Sequence record: NC_070952.1
DNA: 64,000 nt
Reading direction: 5' to 3' (one strand)
A program made the translations under genes and the position numbers. Under the pieces are notes generated by a model. It was given only the letters and a program-made list of their open reading frames with translations, was not told the origin of the DNA and made no database searches. Shown one piece after another: positions 27,007-37,757 of the stretch. Each line of letters opens with the position of its first letter. Within the stretch, counting starts at the first letter, position 1.

Positions 27007-27033
27007 GTTACTCTACCCTTGAGGTAGAGTAAC
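27007..27033 (+). terminator. terminator hairpin (TACTC family)
   Basis: GTTACTCTACC-CTTGA-GGTAGAGTAAC then CATTATTTTTTTT. Confidence 0.7.
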
Positions 27034-27067
27034 TGTCTTTACCTCATTATTTTTTTTTAGGATTGAT

Positions 27068-28198
27068 ATGACTCTTTTACAAAAATCCGGTATCTTTGAT
27101 ACGGTAGACATCAACAACAATTTACAGAAAGCCAGTCAGTCTATGAGTTCGACGGTGGCAAACCTGACCTCGCAGGTAGTCAACCCGTTCAAGTCATTAA
27201 CCGCAGGTGTACAAGCCGGTGTTGCTACCATTAGCGAAACCCAATCAATAATCAGTAAGAACCTGAGTACATATAAGTCTTCTGCGATTGATGGGATTAA
27301 CAATGCCCTGAAGAACATCACTGGGGGGAAATACAACCTTTCCGATGTCGGGAGTTTGGTAACCTACCAAGATGGGTTCAAATTAAACACTGACCAACTG
27401 TTAAGCTTAGCCGGCAGAGGGATTGGTTTCAGTGTAAGTTCAATGCAGGATTTAAAGAACCAAATCGGCAATGGCTTTATTACTGAATTGAATTCCATGA
27501 CCGGGGGGATTGCAAGTGGGTTAGTGATTGCTGACACTGATGGCAGTTTTGTTAAACTCCACATCGCTGACGACTGGCAATACAGCATGGGGACATCGCT
27601 GATCAACTTCTTAGGGTCGGATGATCCTGAAGGGTTTGGTTCAGTGGTAAACGTTGCAGCAATTAACTCCGTGCTCAACACCCTTTTAAATCAAGCGGTG
27701 CAAAACAGTTTAACCCAGAGCTATTCCAACTTTGGCGACATGTACGTTTATCAAAGCGATTACCATGATGCCTTAATTGACAATGCAAGCACTGCTTCGG
27801 CACGAGGGGATCTGGATTCTCTTACTGAGATTGTCAGTATTGTTGACACAGAAGGTGCAACCAAAATTGCAGCACTGTACCCTAACACGGTACAAGAACT
27901 GTTAACCAACTATTACTTCAGTAGTGATGTTGATCCATCTGACTACCCTAAACTGACTACCGATTTATTAAATGTCTGTACCTCTTTAAATGGTGCTGAC
28001 TGGTATAAGTACCCGACTCAGTTTGGTATGGTAACTAACGTAGGCTTAGTGAGCACCATTTCAGCTGATGCCAAGACTTTGTTAGAAAGTAATGAAGACA
28101 TGATCCCGTTACTTTGTTCATCGGGAATTTTCACAGAGCAATCGGCAACCGAGTTGTTCACCACTGATTTTCCTAATGCAATTAAATTAAGCGCATAA
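27068..28198 (+). CDS. probable tail/baseplate-region structural protein
   Basis: S/T/N-rich 376-aa ORF adjacent to the tail genes. Confidence 0.5.
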   Translation: MTLLQKSGIFDTVDINNNLQKASQSMSSTVANLTSQVVNPFKSLTAGVQAGVATISETQSIISKNLSTYKSSAIDGINNALKNITGGKYNLSDVGSLVTYQDGFKLNTDQLLSLAGRGIGFSVSSMQDLKNQIGNGFITELNSMTGGIASGLVIADTDGSFVKLHIADDWQYSMGTSLINFLGSDDPEGFGSVVNVAAINSVLNTLLNQAVQNSLTQSYSNFGDMYVYQSDYHDALIDNASTASARGDLDSLTEIVSIVDTEGATKIAALYPNTVQELLTNYYFSSDVDPSDYPKLTTDLLNVCTSLNGADWYKYPTQFGMVTNVGLVSTISADAKTLLESNEDMIPLLCSSGIFTEQSATELFTTDFPNAIKLSA

Positions 28199-28207
28199 CA
28201 AACATAT

Positions 28208-28237
28208 TCCTACTCTACCCGATTGGGTAGAGTAGGA
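28208..28237. terminator. bidirectional terminator hairpin (TACTC family)
   Basis: TCCTACTCTACCC-GATT-GGGTAGAGTAGGA between convergent genes. Confidence 0.75.
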
Positions 28238-28255
28238 GCTATGACTTATTTTTTT

Positions 28256-30469
28256 TTAACGGTTAAGTGGACGTCCAGTAAAGATACGGGAAATGTCCCC
28301 AACGATGGAATCATTCACTACCCCTGCAATGGTCGCAGGTTTAAAGATGTTTTTCACATCGGTTGTAAAGCGTGTCAAGCGACGGTTAAGGTCGTTGTAA
28401 CGTAATACAGTATCCAAGTAATCAATACCTGCTGTACGGTTCACCCAGTCGTTATATTTACCCACATCACCTAAGTAACGAGATGACTGACCAGCCACGT
28501 TCAATAAATCTAACGGGTTAGTTACACGACTGATTGGAACAGACATCACTTTGTCCAGATCGGTTACAGTTAAGTTGACACGCAAGTTACGTGGTTTCAT
28601 ATCTGTGGTCCAACCTAGGGGACCTGAGCCAAATTCAAAGGACGCATTCTGAATGATACCAGTACGGATAATCGATTTACCGCGACTGAACACTTTGACC
28701 AAGAACGGTGTGGTGTACGTTGAACCGCCAGTTGAGAACGGCACAATAAACGGCATCAATAAAGACAGCGGTAAGAAGATGTTGGTTGCAATGGAATACG
28801 GATGAGCATACGGGGCTTCAAAATAGAAACTGAAGCTTTCACTGTGCAAGTTGGTTGTTGAATCTTCCCAGTGATCAGGTATTTCTACTTTGGAGTTACC
28901 CAGTAATGCCAACGGGACGTTACCAATAACTGACCCTGCTGCAACCCCGGCTACCGCATCCTTAATCCCATTGACAAACTCATCAACAATCCCAATCCCT
29001 GTTTGCCCGCCACCGATGTTGAACTTGAAGTCCTGCACGGCTGTAACGGTACTGTTGAAGGTAGATGCAATGGCAGATGACGTTGTACTGTTACTGAAGG
29101 AGTCAGACACACTGCCTGTTCCCTCGGTACGGAAAGTAACCCCGTCCAGACCACCGTAGAACCCATCCATCAACAAGGTTCCAATCTGACCCAGCCATGA
29201 ACTTTCATCCACATCACTTGGGCTTGAGATTGTGGTCGGTTCAGTCCCTGACAGCTGCGCCGCTGATTGGGTGGTTGCTGCCGTGTTGGTACCGCCATCC
29301 AACCCAAAGGCTTCTGAGTTGGTTGCCTTGATCTTATCCTGGTATCCCGCAATATAAGCACTGCCGTCTACCGCACCAGTGGCTTGACTTTCAGCACCAA
29401 CCGGTTTGATGTTCTGGCCGGCATCCGCACTGGTATACGCAGACGCTACTTCAGGGTAGTTAAGTTCATCCATACCACGGGCTTTACCTACGGTCTTGAG
29501 TTCCTTCATCAGGTACTCACGTGTGGTTGTTCCAGCAGTACTTCCCCCGTTAGCATTGACAAACCCACTGTCAGCCATCAGGTTATTTAGAATCCCCTCG
29601 ATACGTTGATCCTTTTGCTCCACGGTTCTAATCCCGAACTGGTCATCCAAGTTCTTGATTTCTTTCATGAAGTGTCGGAACTTCCGCACACCACGGGTGG
29701 AGACTTTTAAGATATCAATCGTCCCATCCGGGTTAATGGCATCCGGGAACAACGAGTGCATATACGAAATGTTGTTCTTCGCAATCTCCGTATCGGTCTG
29801 ATAACCTTTCGCACCACCGCCAGCAAAATCACGGTCACCCGCTTTGGTGTTACCCTGGTCTTGACGATCAGCAGGCAGAACACTCAGTGAGTAACCGGCT
29901 GAGATCATCAGGTCATTGAAGATACCTTGAGCAGCAGTAAAGTACATCCCCATAGACGGTTTGCAATAATACCATTTGTTCTTAGGGGTATTCGTCAGGT
30001 ATTCAAAAAAGTTAAATGAGGTAGCAACAATCTGCGCAGGCCAGAATGCAATAGCACCGGCAGCTTGGCCAATGTAGAATGCCCATGTTGGAGCACGTCC
30101 TTTATTCGCCATGATCGATGCAGAATAATCAAACATGTTCAGGATGAATGTGATCATCCCGGTGAATTCCGCGACACCTGCCGTAAAGGTTGCGCTTAAG
30201 GCATTGTCTTGGTGAATGCGTTTATAATACCGACCCTGGTTCCCCATTTTGTTTTCCATTGCGGGCTTAGGGTAGGGATCAGTATTACGACTAAACCCCG
30301 GTAGAGGGTTAACGAATTTGTTATCCCCTACAGCAGTGGAGAAGAAACTGGTATATAAGTCATAATCCGATCTGACTAATACTTTCTCTGGATCTTTAAT
30401 GCCTTCACTCATCAAGCGAAACGATCTGGAAACTATATTCCTGTCTTTATAATCAACGGTAACGCTCAT
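28256..30469 (-). CDS. tail tip/baseplate protein (phiKZ gp182-like)
   Basis: Directly downstream of the gp181-like gene; hub-like C-terminus IPDHWEDS...GIIQNASFEFG. Confidence 0.65.
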   Translation of the reverse strand: MSVTVDYKDRNIVSRSFRLMSEGIKDPEKVLVRSDYDLYTSFFSTAVGDNKFVNPLPGFSRNTDPYPKPAMENKMGNQGRYYKRIHQDNALSATFTAGVAEFTGMITFILNMFDYSASIMANKGRAPTWAFYIGQAAGAIAFWPAQIVATSFNFFEYLTNTPKNKWYYCKPSMGMYFTAAQGIFNDLMISAGYSLSVLPADRQDQGNTKAGDRDFAGGGAKGYQTDTEIAKNNISYMHSLFPDAINPDGTIDILKVSTRGVRKFRHFMKEIKNLDDQFGIRTVEQKDQRIEGILNNLMADSGFVNANGGSTAGTTTREYLMKELKTVGKARGMDELNYPEVASAYTSADAGQNIKPVGAESQATGAVDGSAYIAGYQDKIKATNSEAFGLDGGTNTAATTQSAAQLSGTEPTTISSPSDVDESSWLGQIGTLLMDGFYGGLDGVTFRTEGTGSVSDSFSNSTTSSAIASTFNSTVTAVQDFKFNIGGGQTGIGIVDEFVNGIKDAVAGVAAGSVIGNVPLALLGNSKVEIPDHWEDSTTNLHSESFSFYFEAPYAHPYSIATNIFLPLSLLMPFIVPFSTGGSTYTTPFLVKVFSRGKSIIRTGIIQNASFEFGSGPLGWTTDMKPRNLRVNLTVTDLDKVMSVPISRVTNPLDLLNVAGQSSRYLGDVGKYNDWVNRTAGIDYLDTVLRYNDLNRRLTRFTTDVKNIFKPATIAGVVNDSIVGDISRIFTGRPLNR

Positions 30470-30485
30470 GAATTAAACCTCGATG

Positions 30486-30507
30486 TAAGTGCCCCGAAGG
30501 GCACTTA
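30486..30507 (-). terminator. hairpin between the tail genes
   Basis: TAAGTGCCC-CGAA-GGGCACTTA (TTCG loop on the minus strand). Confidence 0.55.
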
Positions 30508-30515
30508 ATTATCAA

Positions 30516-33500
30516 TCAAACTTTGACAATTGGTTGGCTGGCGCCATTCCTTTTCAAGCTATCCCTGATTTCCTTAAGAACCGTTAACTGTTGAGCATTG
30601 ATCTGTGCACCTACAGAGTCAGCCACATTCATTTGATCCGGCATGTTAATCGCCGGAACAGGGGCTGGAGCCGTTGGAGCAAGAGATGCTGGAGCAGCAG
30701 TCTTAGTCGGAGTACTCGTGCGTGCTGGAGCCGAAGCACCGGCAGTTGGAGACCCACTTGGATTATCAGTGGACGTGGAACTTGTGACAGGTGCATTGTC
30801 GTTAGTGGAAGCAGGTCCTGACGATGTCACCGGACTACTCATTGGTGACGCATTCGCCGTTGGTGGAGGAGTTCCTGCATTAGATGGTGCAGAAGATTTC
30901 TCTGCTTGGTCTAACAAGGCTCCTGTTGCTCCCGGTTTAACAACTTTGGTCTCTGTACCGGTTCCCATCTTGTCTGCTGGAACATTCTTATCCGCGGCTT
31001 CTGGAACATCCGGGGACTGATTGTTCATCGCATTCTGATCACCTGCTTGGGCCGAAGCGTCGTCAGCATTATCTCCACCTGGAATGTTTAATGAACCACT
31101 CCGCAGTTTGTTGAGATAATCATTATAGAAAGCCCGACGTTCGTCTGTTGCAGGAACAGCATTCCCACCGTTAATACCGCGCACCGCTGTATCGAAGTCA
31201 CCGGTTTTCGCAATCGACTTCATTGCGGCACTGTTCTTCAAGAACCATACAGCTGATTCAGCCATAACGTTTGGATCTTCAGAAACCAATTCAGGATGTG
31301 AGACAACATCAATACCTGATGCTTTCTTGAAGGCTTCGTAGTTTGATTTGCCCGTTAACTGGAACAACCCACGACCACGGTAATCCCATCCGTCTTCGGG
31401 TTTCGTGTTACCCAACGCTGGACCTTTTGGTGCCCGACCATAAACATACATTGCTCGTTCAACAGGAGACATCGCAGCAACTTTCTGTGCGGTAGCCGCA
31501 TCAGGGATGTTCTTGAAGTACTTGAGTAATGTCGGCGCTGACCAGTTGGTATTCTCAACGGTGCTTTGATAACCACCCGTTTCCTTTCTTGCCATTGCTA
31601 AAGCAAGTGCCAGGGTTTTATTATCACGGAAGCCTGCTTTCACGAGATGGTTCAGCATTAACTGATCACCTTGTTCAAGCGACATCTTGATTCCCTTATC
31701 GGAACCGGCTTTCTTGATAAACTCAGGGTTAAAGCTTTGATTCGCATTTCCCATGAATTGACCTGCTGAACCTGCAGGACCGCCCGGTGCACTCATTGTT
31801 GCATTTGGATAATACCCACCGGCTGCAGAGCTGCCTCCCGAGGAACGCAGTGGACCGCCGCCTGATGCAAAGCCTGTGGCACCTTTACCGTACACCGCAT
31901 CCATGATGGATTTAGTCTGGGCATCGCTTCCTACTCCATTTGTGGCTGTCGGGGTAGAAGTACTGGTGGCTTCACTTTTCGCTTTCTCCAATTCAGGGTC
32001 TTTGATCGCCGCTTCTTTGGCTTTCGAATCCAATATCTTCATGTACTTGTCAGCACGGTCTGGATAGGTTCCTGAATCAGAATCTGGGAATGGTGACGCA
32101 TTAACGGACCAGATAGGTTGCTGGGTATCGTTAACGGTAACAATCAATCCTAGAAGCTTACGAGCGATAATGGCTTTGTTGGTATCAGAAAGAGAACGCC
32201 ACGTTTTACCAGGTATCCCACCACGAAGCTGTACCGTTTGTTTGCAGTATTCCATCAGTGTCGGTAAGAAACGATCACGGAACCAAATCATCCAGTTGTT
32301 CTTGGATATGATGTTTCTGTCGACGACATGGAAGCTTGCTTTAAACAATTCCAGCAACTGGTTAGACTTACCAGTGAAACGTGCATCTTTGCCAGTCACC
32401 ATGATGAAGCTTTCAGTATAACGTTCTAAACGCAACACCGCTTCAACACGCCAAGGAACACTCTTGTCATTACCGTACACCGCCAGACGTGCTAAAGTAA
32501 AGGCATCAAGATTACCGTCTTTACCGTACATGTCAGAGATATCGATTTTCGTTACATCGGCTGGAGAGGTGATATCATCAACTGCTTGTGCCGAAGCACC
32601 TGCTGCTTTCTGATCCATCCCAGGAGTAATGGCAATCTCAGGCATGCTGGTTGTGTCACCAGACTGACTGTTATCTTGTTTGGCTTGTGCACTTGCATCT
32701 GCGGTCATTGATTCAGGTGTCTTCTCCGGTGGAGCTGGCATTTCCTTTTTCAATTGATCAAACAGTTTGGCGACGGCATCACGAGTTTGTTCAGGACCCA
32801 TGGTTGCTTCTTTATCATCGATACGGACATCGATAGAATAAGGAGGCGGGTTATAACTGGCAATGCCTCGTTGGGCTTGTTCAACAACTTTCACTGCATC
32901 GTAAGACTTAGAGTTATCAAACTCAACAATGTCTCCCATACGTTCGGTTGCAACGGCCACGTTATAAATCATGAACACCGGTTTAAAGCGTGCCATGAAC
33001 CACGTACCGATTGCACTCTTGTCATTAAACTTACTGATCCCACTGTTAGCGAAGTCGTCCACCAGTTTCCCGGTTGGGGTATTCGGTTTCAGTGACGCCT
33101 TGTTATCTTTAATGACCACGTATTGATACAGTTGATTTTCCAGTGCCATAATACGACGAGCCAAATTACTACTCGTATCATGGACACCGTACATTGCCAA
33201 ACGGATCTTTCTTTGGGTGGTGATCTTGTTCGCTGCTTTCTCAACACCAGGGGCGTTGTTAATAACAGGTTTGCCGTCTAGTGCGGATTGTGCTGCATCG
33301 GCTTTTCGGCGATCAGTGTAGAAGGTACCATCAGAAGTCCAGAACAAGCCAATGTTGTCTAACTTCTCATATCCGTCTGGACCCAACACACCCTGAAGTG
33401 CGCTCTTAGCCAGGCTGCCTTGAGGAAGCCAATCGGTAACAGTATTGACTACCTTATCGGTGGCTGTTTGGTGACGACCAGTTACTGGATCAGCATCGCC

Positions 33501-36500
33501 AATATCCAAGTCCTCTGTTCCAGTTTCATAATCCGCTGGATCATTATTGAAGATCTCGTCAACAGCCATTCCACCCAGCGCAGCGTAAGCAGATCCTTTT
33601 GCAAAGCGACCTAATTTACCGCCTCTTCTACGACCCGCTCCACGGTTACCAGCCCGGTTCCTTCTTCTAGCACCTTGACCACGTTGTTCAGGTTCAGGAC
33701 CTATCCCGCCGCCAGCACCTCGTCTTCCTCCGCCTAAAAGACCACCGGCCAGTTTAGTGAAGCCCCATTTCATGAGTTTGAAGATAGGAGAAGAAATCCC
33801 CATTACACCTGAGAAGAGTGCGGTACCAATTTTGGCTAACCGCCCAGTGGATTTCAGCAAGCTACCGAAGACCAGACTCCCGATTGTTCCGATAGGGTTT
33901 TTAAAGAGTTTGACACCAAAGCCACCTAACGCTAAGAACATGTCTTTGATCTTACCAAAGAACCCTTTGCTCTCGCCTTTCTCTTCTTCCCCACCCATGC
34001 CTTTGGTATTTTTAGCGATCTCAATGATAGCTTCATTTACCTTGTGCTTTTCTTCGGAAGCGGCTTCTTTCTTCTTCCACTCCAGTGAGTTAAGACGAAG
34101 ACCTGCACCATCAGAACCACCGGTCATTTTAGAACGGATTGCTTCAGTTAGGTTATCGGTTTCCATTGGGATACCGAAGTGCTGAGACATCATGCGGTAG
34201 ATCAAATCCAGTCGGTGTTCAACCCCAGAGTTTCCAGAGCCTTTCGAACCACCCACGCCGCCAGCGGCACTTCCTGGAGCAGTTGCTTGGCTTGAATAAC
34301 CAAATCGTCCCAAGAGTGAATTGAGTCCAGCTTTAGCCAACCCCGCTGCACCGCCAACCACGCCAGCAACACCAGCGCCCATATTGCGTACAGCCATACC
34401 TGAGGCCGTGACCAAACCTGATTTGTATTCCTCTTCACTAACCAGTTGATTACCTTGGTCATCATAGACTGGCCCATTGATCTCATTCCATCCAGTGATT
34501 GGTTTAAAGTTTCCTGATTCATCACGAGAGTAATATTCACCGGCTTTGAATTTCGCTGCCCTGAGAGCAGGTTCTTTCTGACCTTTAATATAAATGTCTT
34601 GTTGATAAACCAGATCTTTACCCGTGTCAATAATAGAACGAATACGGCCAAGAGGATCGGCAAGGTTATACGCACCCACAATGCCGTCACGCACACGACG
34701 CAGTCCATTCAACGCAACGGCACGACCATCAGCACCAAAGATCTTACCGGCCAGCTCACGCGCTCCAATGACCGCACGTGTTGCGGTATCGAAGATCGGT
34801 CCGCGAATGTCGTTCCACGTTTTAATAACCCGTCGAGTGGCAGCATCCAAATATTCACCTGCTTTTAACTTAGCAGATTTCAGAAGAGGTTCACCCTTTT
34901 CATCCAGGATATCCTCATCGTCATTTGGAGCAGCAGTAGACGTGTTACCGCTTCCGGTACGGTTACGACGTTGGTAGTGATCAACTGCAGCACCGAGTGC
35001 TAAACCGCCGGCGGCAAGCGCTCCTGAGAGCAGGAAGTTCTTACTAGTGGCAGCGGCACCTACGGCACCCAGAATCCCACCCAGGACCATTGGGTTGCGA
35101 CTCATGATGAAGTCCATCCCTCGACCCATCATTCCCGTTGGAAGCTTACTCTTGATTTTATCTAAGAAGGACTTTTTGGCTTGTTCTTCTTGACGTTCTT
35201 CAGAAGGTGTTCCCGCTGTTCCTGTGGTGAGTTTCCCTGCCTTGGCTAACTCCAGGAGACTTCCCATTAACGATTCGATATTCTTGCTGGTACTGAAAAT
35301 ACCGGCATTGCTATCTTTGATCTCAGTCAGTGCACCGGTCATGGTATCGAAATTAACCATTGAGGCGTTCTGACCAGGGGTCGCTTCTGGCTGCGGTTGG
35401 TTCAAGGTTCCCAGGCGTTCATTCAACTGCTGCAGGGTTTCGTTTAATCCGTCCATTGGGTTAACAGTCGGACTACTATTACCACTGGTACGCAGACCAC
35501 CTACCGTTGGGTTCTTTTTACCACCTTTCGGAAGGACACCACGCAGAGCAGGATCGTTCGGGTTATCCATGTATTGACCAATGCGGTCATGGAAAGCCTG
35601 ATTGTTGATCTTGTCAATGCCGTTCTCGGTATAGATCACTCCAATGTCACGGAGCATCTGTTCGTTACCGGTGGCACGCAACAAGTCAATACGTTCTGCT
35701 ACATTCGGGAAGTTGGACTTCAAGTTCTCTGCAGAAGCAGATGCGTTGTTCAGACGTTCACGGCCTTCTTTCGTTGGCATCTTGCTCATCTGTTTCATAC
35801 GCTGGAAACTATCAGAGCTGTTGAACGTGCTGACATCCTGAGTCGTAATACCAAAGTGACGCATCAGCGCAGCATGCACTTCCTTCTGAGCAGAAGGACT
35901 CATCCCTTTGATGTCGCCTAAATAGTAGTACGGGTTAAACCCCATCTCGGCATCAATGTCTTTCGCTACTTGCTGAGCAAACGCTTTACGAGTAGACGGA
36001 GACAAGAACTTATCAGGGTCAATAGAGTCAACCAGAGATAATGATGCTTGAGCGTAACGTTGGAATTCACCGTGAGGCATGAGGTCGGCTTGTACTGATA
36101 CACGACGTTGAGAATCCGTTTGGAATTCACCTCGCATATAGTTATAGCTTTCCGACTCTACATTGTCCTTTCCTGTGCGCATCTTTTCTAAGATCAAGTT
36201 TGTCTTAGAAATCAAACCCGGCAACACTTCGTTTAAGGTGATGTTGTTAAGTTCTTTCCAAATACCTGGCTGGTTAAGATCTTTAACATCACGTTTCTTC
36301 AACGTGTACTGTGTACCACGGGTTTTGTTTGCATCACCCATCAGTTTGTTAATGGCTTCTTTACCGCGGTTAGACGCAGCGTTCAGAGCCGTCCAAGCCG
36401 CTTTAGGAAGAGGTTTCTTACCCGGCGGTAATTCAGAGAGGTAATGTTCATAATCGGCATACTTCATTTCATCCATAGGCTGGTAGTTCTGAGCCATATA

Positions 36501-37730
36501 GTTCAACATCCCAGTACCTGATGTCGATGCGTATGAAATGACGTGACCCACATCAGTGAGCTTGTCGATTTGTTCCTTTATATACCCGGCTTGTTCTGGG
36601 TAGGTTTTTGACAACTTGTCAATGGCCTTTTTACCCGGACCCCGTGTAAAGAACGCAGGCAATTGATCCACCGCAACCCCAGCGATCATATTACCCAAGA
36701 TGTTGCCAACCAAACCGCGGGACAGAGACGTGTCACCGGCCATGTCAATACCATCACTGATATTGTTGGCAAGCGACCCTAATACCCCGTAAGCTTCCTT
36801 ACGGTTATCCGCACTGAACCTGTCACGGAACATTCCCGTCAGACCACCCATCCTTTTACCGACGGTATTAAAGACACGCTGACGCATATAAGCTTTCGAT
36901 GCGGTAAACGTGCTGGTCTTTTGGTAATCACTCATACCGGTGTATTTTGTGATTTTCTTCAGTTCGGTTACTTCGGCGTGAATGCCGGCTTCCATGAACT
37001 TGTAGAACTTGGCACTGTTCACATAAGAACGGGCAGTTAAGTTCAACTGGGCTTGCTGAATACGCGCATCAACATTACGTTGATAGTTAAGCATATCCCG
37101 CATTGCGCCTTCAATGTTCACCAACTGACGATTACCTGCCCCTATAGAAGCCTGTAACGCGCTGGTAGCAGCGACAGTCATTGAGTTAAGAGAATCACCC
37201 AATGAAACGAACATCCCCGACTGAGCGTTCATAGAGGTGTTTAACGCACCCTCTACATCATCTTCAGTTGTACTGTCAACACGTGCATCAAAACGATCAG
37301 ACCGTGTTTCAGACCTTTCCCACATGGAGAAATCTTTGGAACTGAAATTCCCCAATCCCTCACTCAGAAAACCTGGGAGTTTATCCCCCATCTTCTTATT
37401 TATGTGGGACGCAATGTTTTGCAAGGATTTCGCTGATTCCGCATTTTCTTCTCTGAACTCGGTAGCGAGCTGACCAAGACGATCATTAATGAATGATGCC
37501 TTGTCGAGCGCATTACTGAAGCTACTAGGTAAGATAGTGCGCATGCTTCGAAAACGGGCAGGGGAACTTCCCACTGTCTCGTCAACGACGCCTGATAAGA
37601 ATCCCGTTGCGAATGATCTTATAAAACCTTTTCCTTTGAATGGATCCATATCGAAATCCATATCAAAGTCCATATCGCCGCCAAAGGGATCATTATCCCA
37701 ATCGAGCCCGATATCGTAATCATCGGCCAT
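30516..37730 (-). CDS. large tail-associated protein with C-terminal GH19 lysozyme domain (phiKZ gp181 / OBP gp276-like)
   Basis: 2404 aa; ARKETGG...DGWDYRGRGLFQLTGKSNY...INGG; head-to-head with the vRNAP genes. Confidence 0.88.
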   Translation of the reverse strand: MADDYDIGLDWDNDPFGGDMDFDMDFDMDPFKGKGFIRSFATGFLSGVVDETVGSSPARFRSMRTILPSSFSNALDKASFINDRLGQLATEFREENAESAKSLQNIASHINKKMGDKLPGFLSEGLGNFSSKDFSMWERSETRSDRFDARVDSTTEDDVEGALNTSMNAQSGMFVSLGDSLNSMTVAATSALQASIGAGNRQLVNIEGAMRDMLNYQRNVDARIQQAQLNLTARSYVNSAKFYKFMEAGIHAEVTELKKITKYTGMSDYQKTSTFTASKAYMRQRVFNTVGKRMGGLTGMFRDRFSADNRKEAYGVLGSLANNISDGIDMAGDTSLSRGLVGNILGNMIAGVAVDQLPAFFTRGPGKKAIDKLSKTYPEQAGYIKEQIDKLTDVGHVISYASTSGTGMLNYMAQNYQPMDEMKYADYEHYLSELPPGKKPLPKAAWTALNAASNRGKEAINKLMGDANKTRGTQYTLKKRDVKDLNQPGIWKELNNITLNEVLPGLISKTNLILEKMRTGKDNVESESYNYMRGEFQTDSQRRVSVQADLMPHGEFQRYAQASLSLVDSIDPDKFLSPSTRKAFAQQVAKDIDAEMGFNPYYYLGDIKGMSPSAQKEVHAALMRHFGITTQDVSTFNSSDSFQRMKQMSKMPTKEGRERLNNASASAENLKSNFPNVAERIDLLRATGNEQMLRDIGVIYTENGIDKINNQAFHDRIGQYMDNPNDPALRGVLPKGGKKNPTVGGLRTSGNSSPTVNPMDGLNETLQQLNERLGTLNQPQPEATPGQNASMVNFDTMTGALTEIKDSNAGIFSTSKNIESLMGSLLELAKAGKLTTGTAGTPSEERQEEQAKKSFLDKIKSKLPTGMMGRGMDFIMSRNPMVLGGILGAVGAAATSKNFLLSGALAAGGLALGAAVDHYQRRNRTGSGNTSTAAPNDDEDILDEKGEPLLKSAKLKAGEYLDAATRRVIKTWNDIRGPIFDTATRAVIGARELAGKIFGADGRAVALNGLRRVRDGIVGAYNLADPLGRIRSIIDTGKDLVYQQDIYIKGQKEPALRAAKFKAGEYYSRDESGNFKPITGWNEINGPVYDDQGNQLVSEEEYKSGLVTASGMAVRNMGAGVAGVVGGAAGLAKAGLNSLLGRFGYSSQATAPGSAAGGVGGSKGSGNSGVEHRLDLIYRMMSQHFGIPMETDNLTEAIRSKMTGGSDGAGLRLNSLEWKKKEAASEEKHKVNEAIIEIAKNTKGMGGEEEKGESKGFFGKIKDMFLALGGFGVKLFKNPIGTIGSLVFGSLLKSTGRLAKIGTALFSGVMGISSPIFKLMKWGFTKLAGGLLGGGRRGAGGGIGPEPEQRGQGARRRNRAGNRGAGRRRGGKLGRFAKGSAYAALGGMAVDEIFNNDPADYETGTEDLDIGDADPVTGRHQTATDKVVNTVTDWLPQGSLAKSALQGVLGPDGYEKLDNIGLFWTSDGTFYTDRRKADAAQSALDGKPVINNAPGVEKAANKITTQRKIRLAMYGVHDTSSNLARRIMALENQLYQYVVIKDNKASLKPNTPTGKLVDDFANSGISKFNDKSAIGTWFMARFKPVFMIYNVAVATERMGDIVEFDNSKSYDAVKVVEQAQRGIASYNPPPYSIDVRIDDKEATMGPEQTRDAVAKLFDQLKKEMPAPPEKTPESMTADASAQAKQDNSQSGDTTSMPEIAITPGMDQKAAGASAQAVDDITSPADVTKIDISDMYGKDGNLDAFTLARLAVYGNDKSVPWRVEAVLRLERYTESFIMVTGKDARFTGKSNQLLELFKASFHVVDRNIISKNNWMIWFRDRFLPTLMEYCKQTVQLRGGIPGKTWRSLSDTNKAIIARKLLGLIVTVNDTQQPIWSVNASPFPDSDSGTYPDRADKYMKILDSKAKEAAIKDPELEKAKSEATSTSTPTATNGVGSDAQTKSIMDAVYGKGATGFASGGGPLRSSGGSSAAGGYYPNATMSAPGGPAGSAGQFMGNANQSFNPEFIKKAGSDKGIKMSLEQGDQLMLNHLVKAGFRDNKTLALALAMARKETGGYQSTVENTNWSAPTLLKYFKNIPDAATAQKVAAMSPVERAMYVYGRAPKGPALGNTKPEDGWDYRGRGLFQLTGKSNYEAFKKASGIDVVSHPELVSEDPNVMAESAVWFLKNSAAMKSIAKTGDFDTAVRGINGGNAVPATDERRAFYNDYLNKLRSGSLNIPGGDNADDASAQAGDQNAMNNQSPDVPEAADKNVPADKMGTGTETKVVKPGATGALLDQAEKSSAPSNAGTPPPTANASPMSSPVTSSGPASTNDNAPVTSSTSTDNPSGSPTAGASAPARTSTPTKTAAPASLAPTAPAPVPAINMPDQMNVADSVGAQINAQQLTVLKEIRDSLKRNGASQPIVKV

Positions 37731-37757
37731 ACTTTACCCCTTTAGGATAACTCAGAA

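Noticed and set aside
37640-37680. Short imperfect DNA repeat
   Set aside because: Encodes the DFDMDFDMD peptide; not a CRISPR or regulatory repeat
30591-37719. Many short ORFs overlapping the tail gene
   Set aside because: Alternative-frame or antisense by-products of Gly/Ala/Ser/Thr-rich coding
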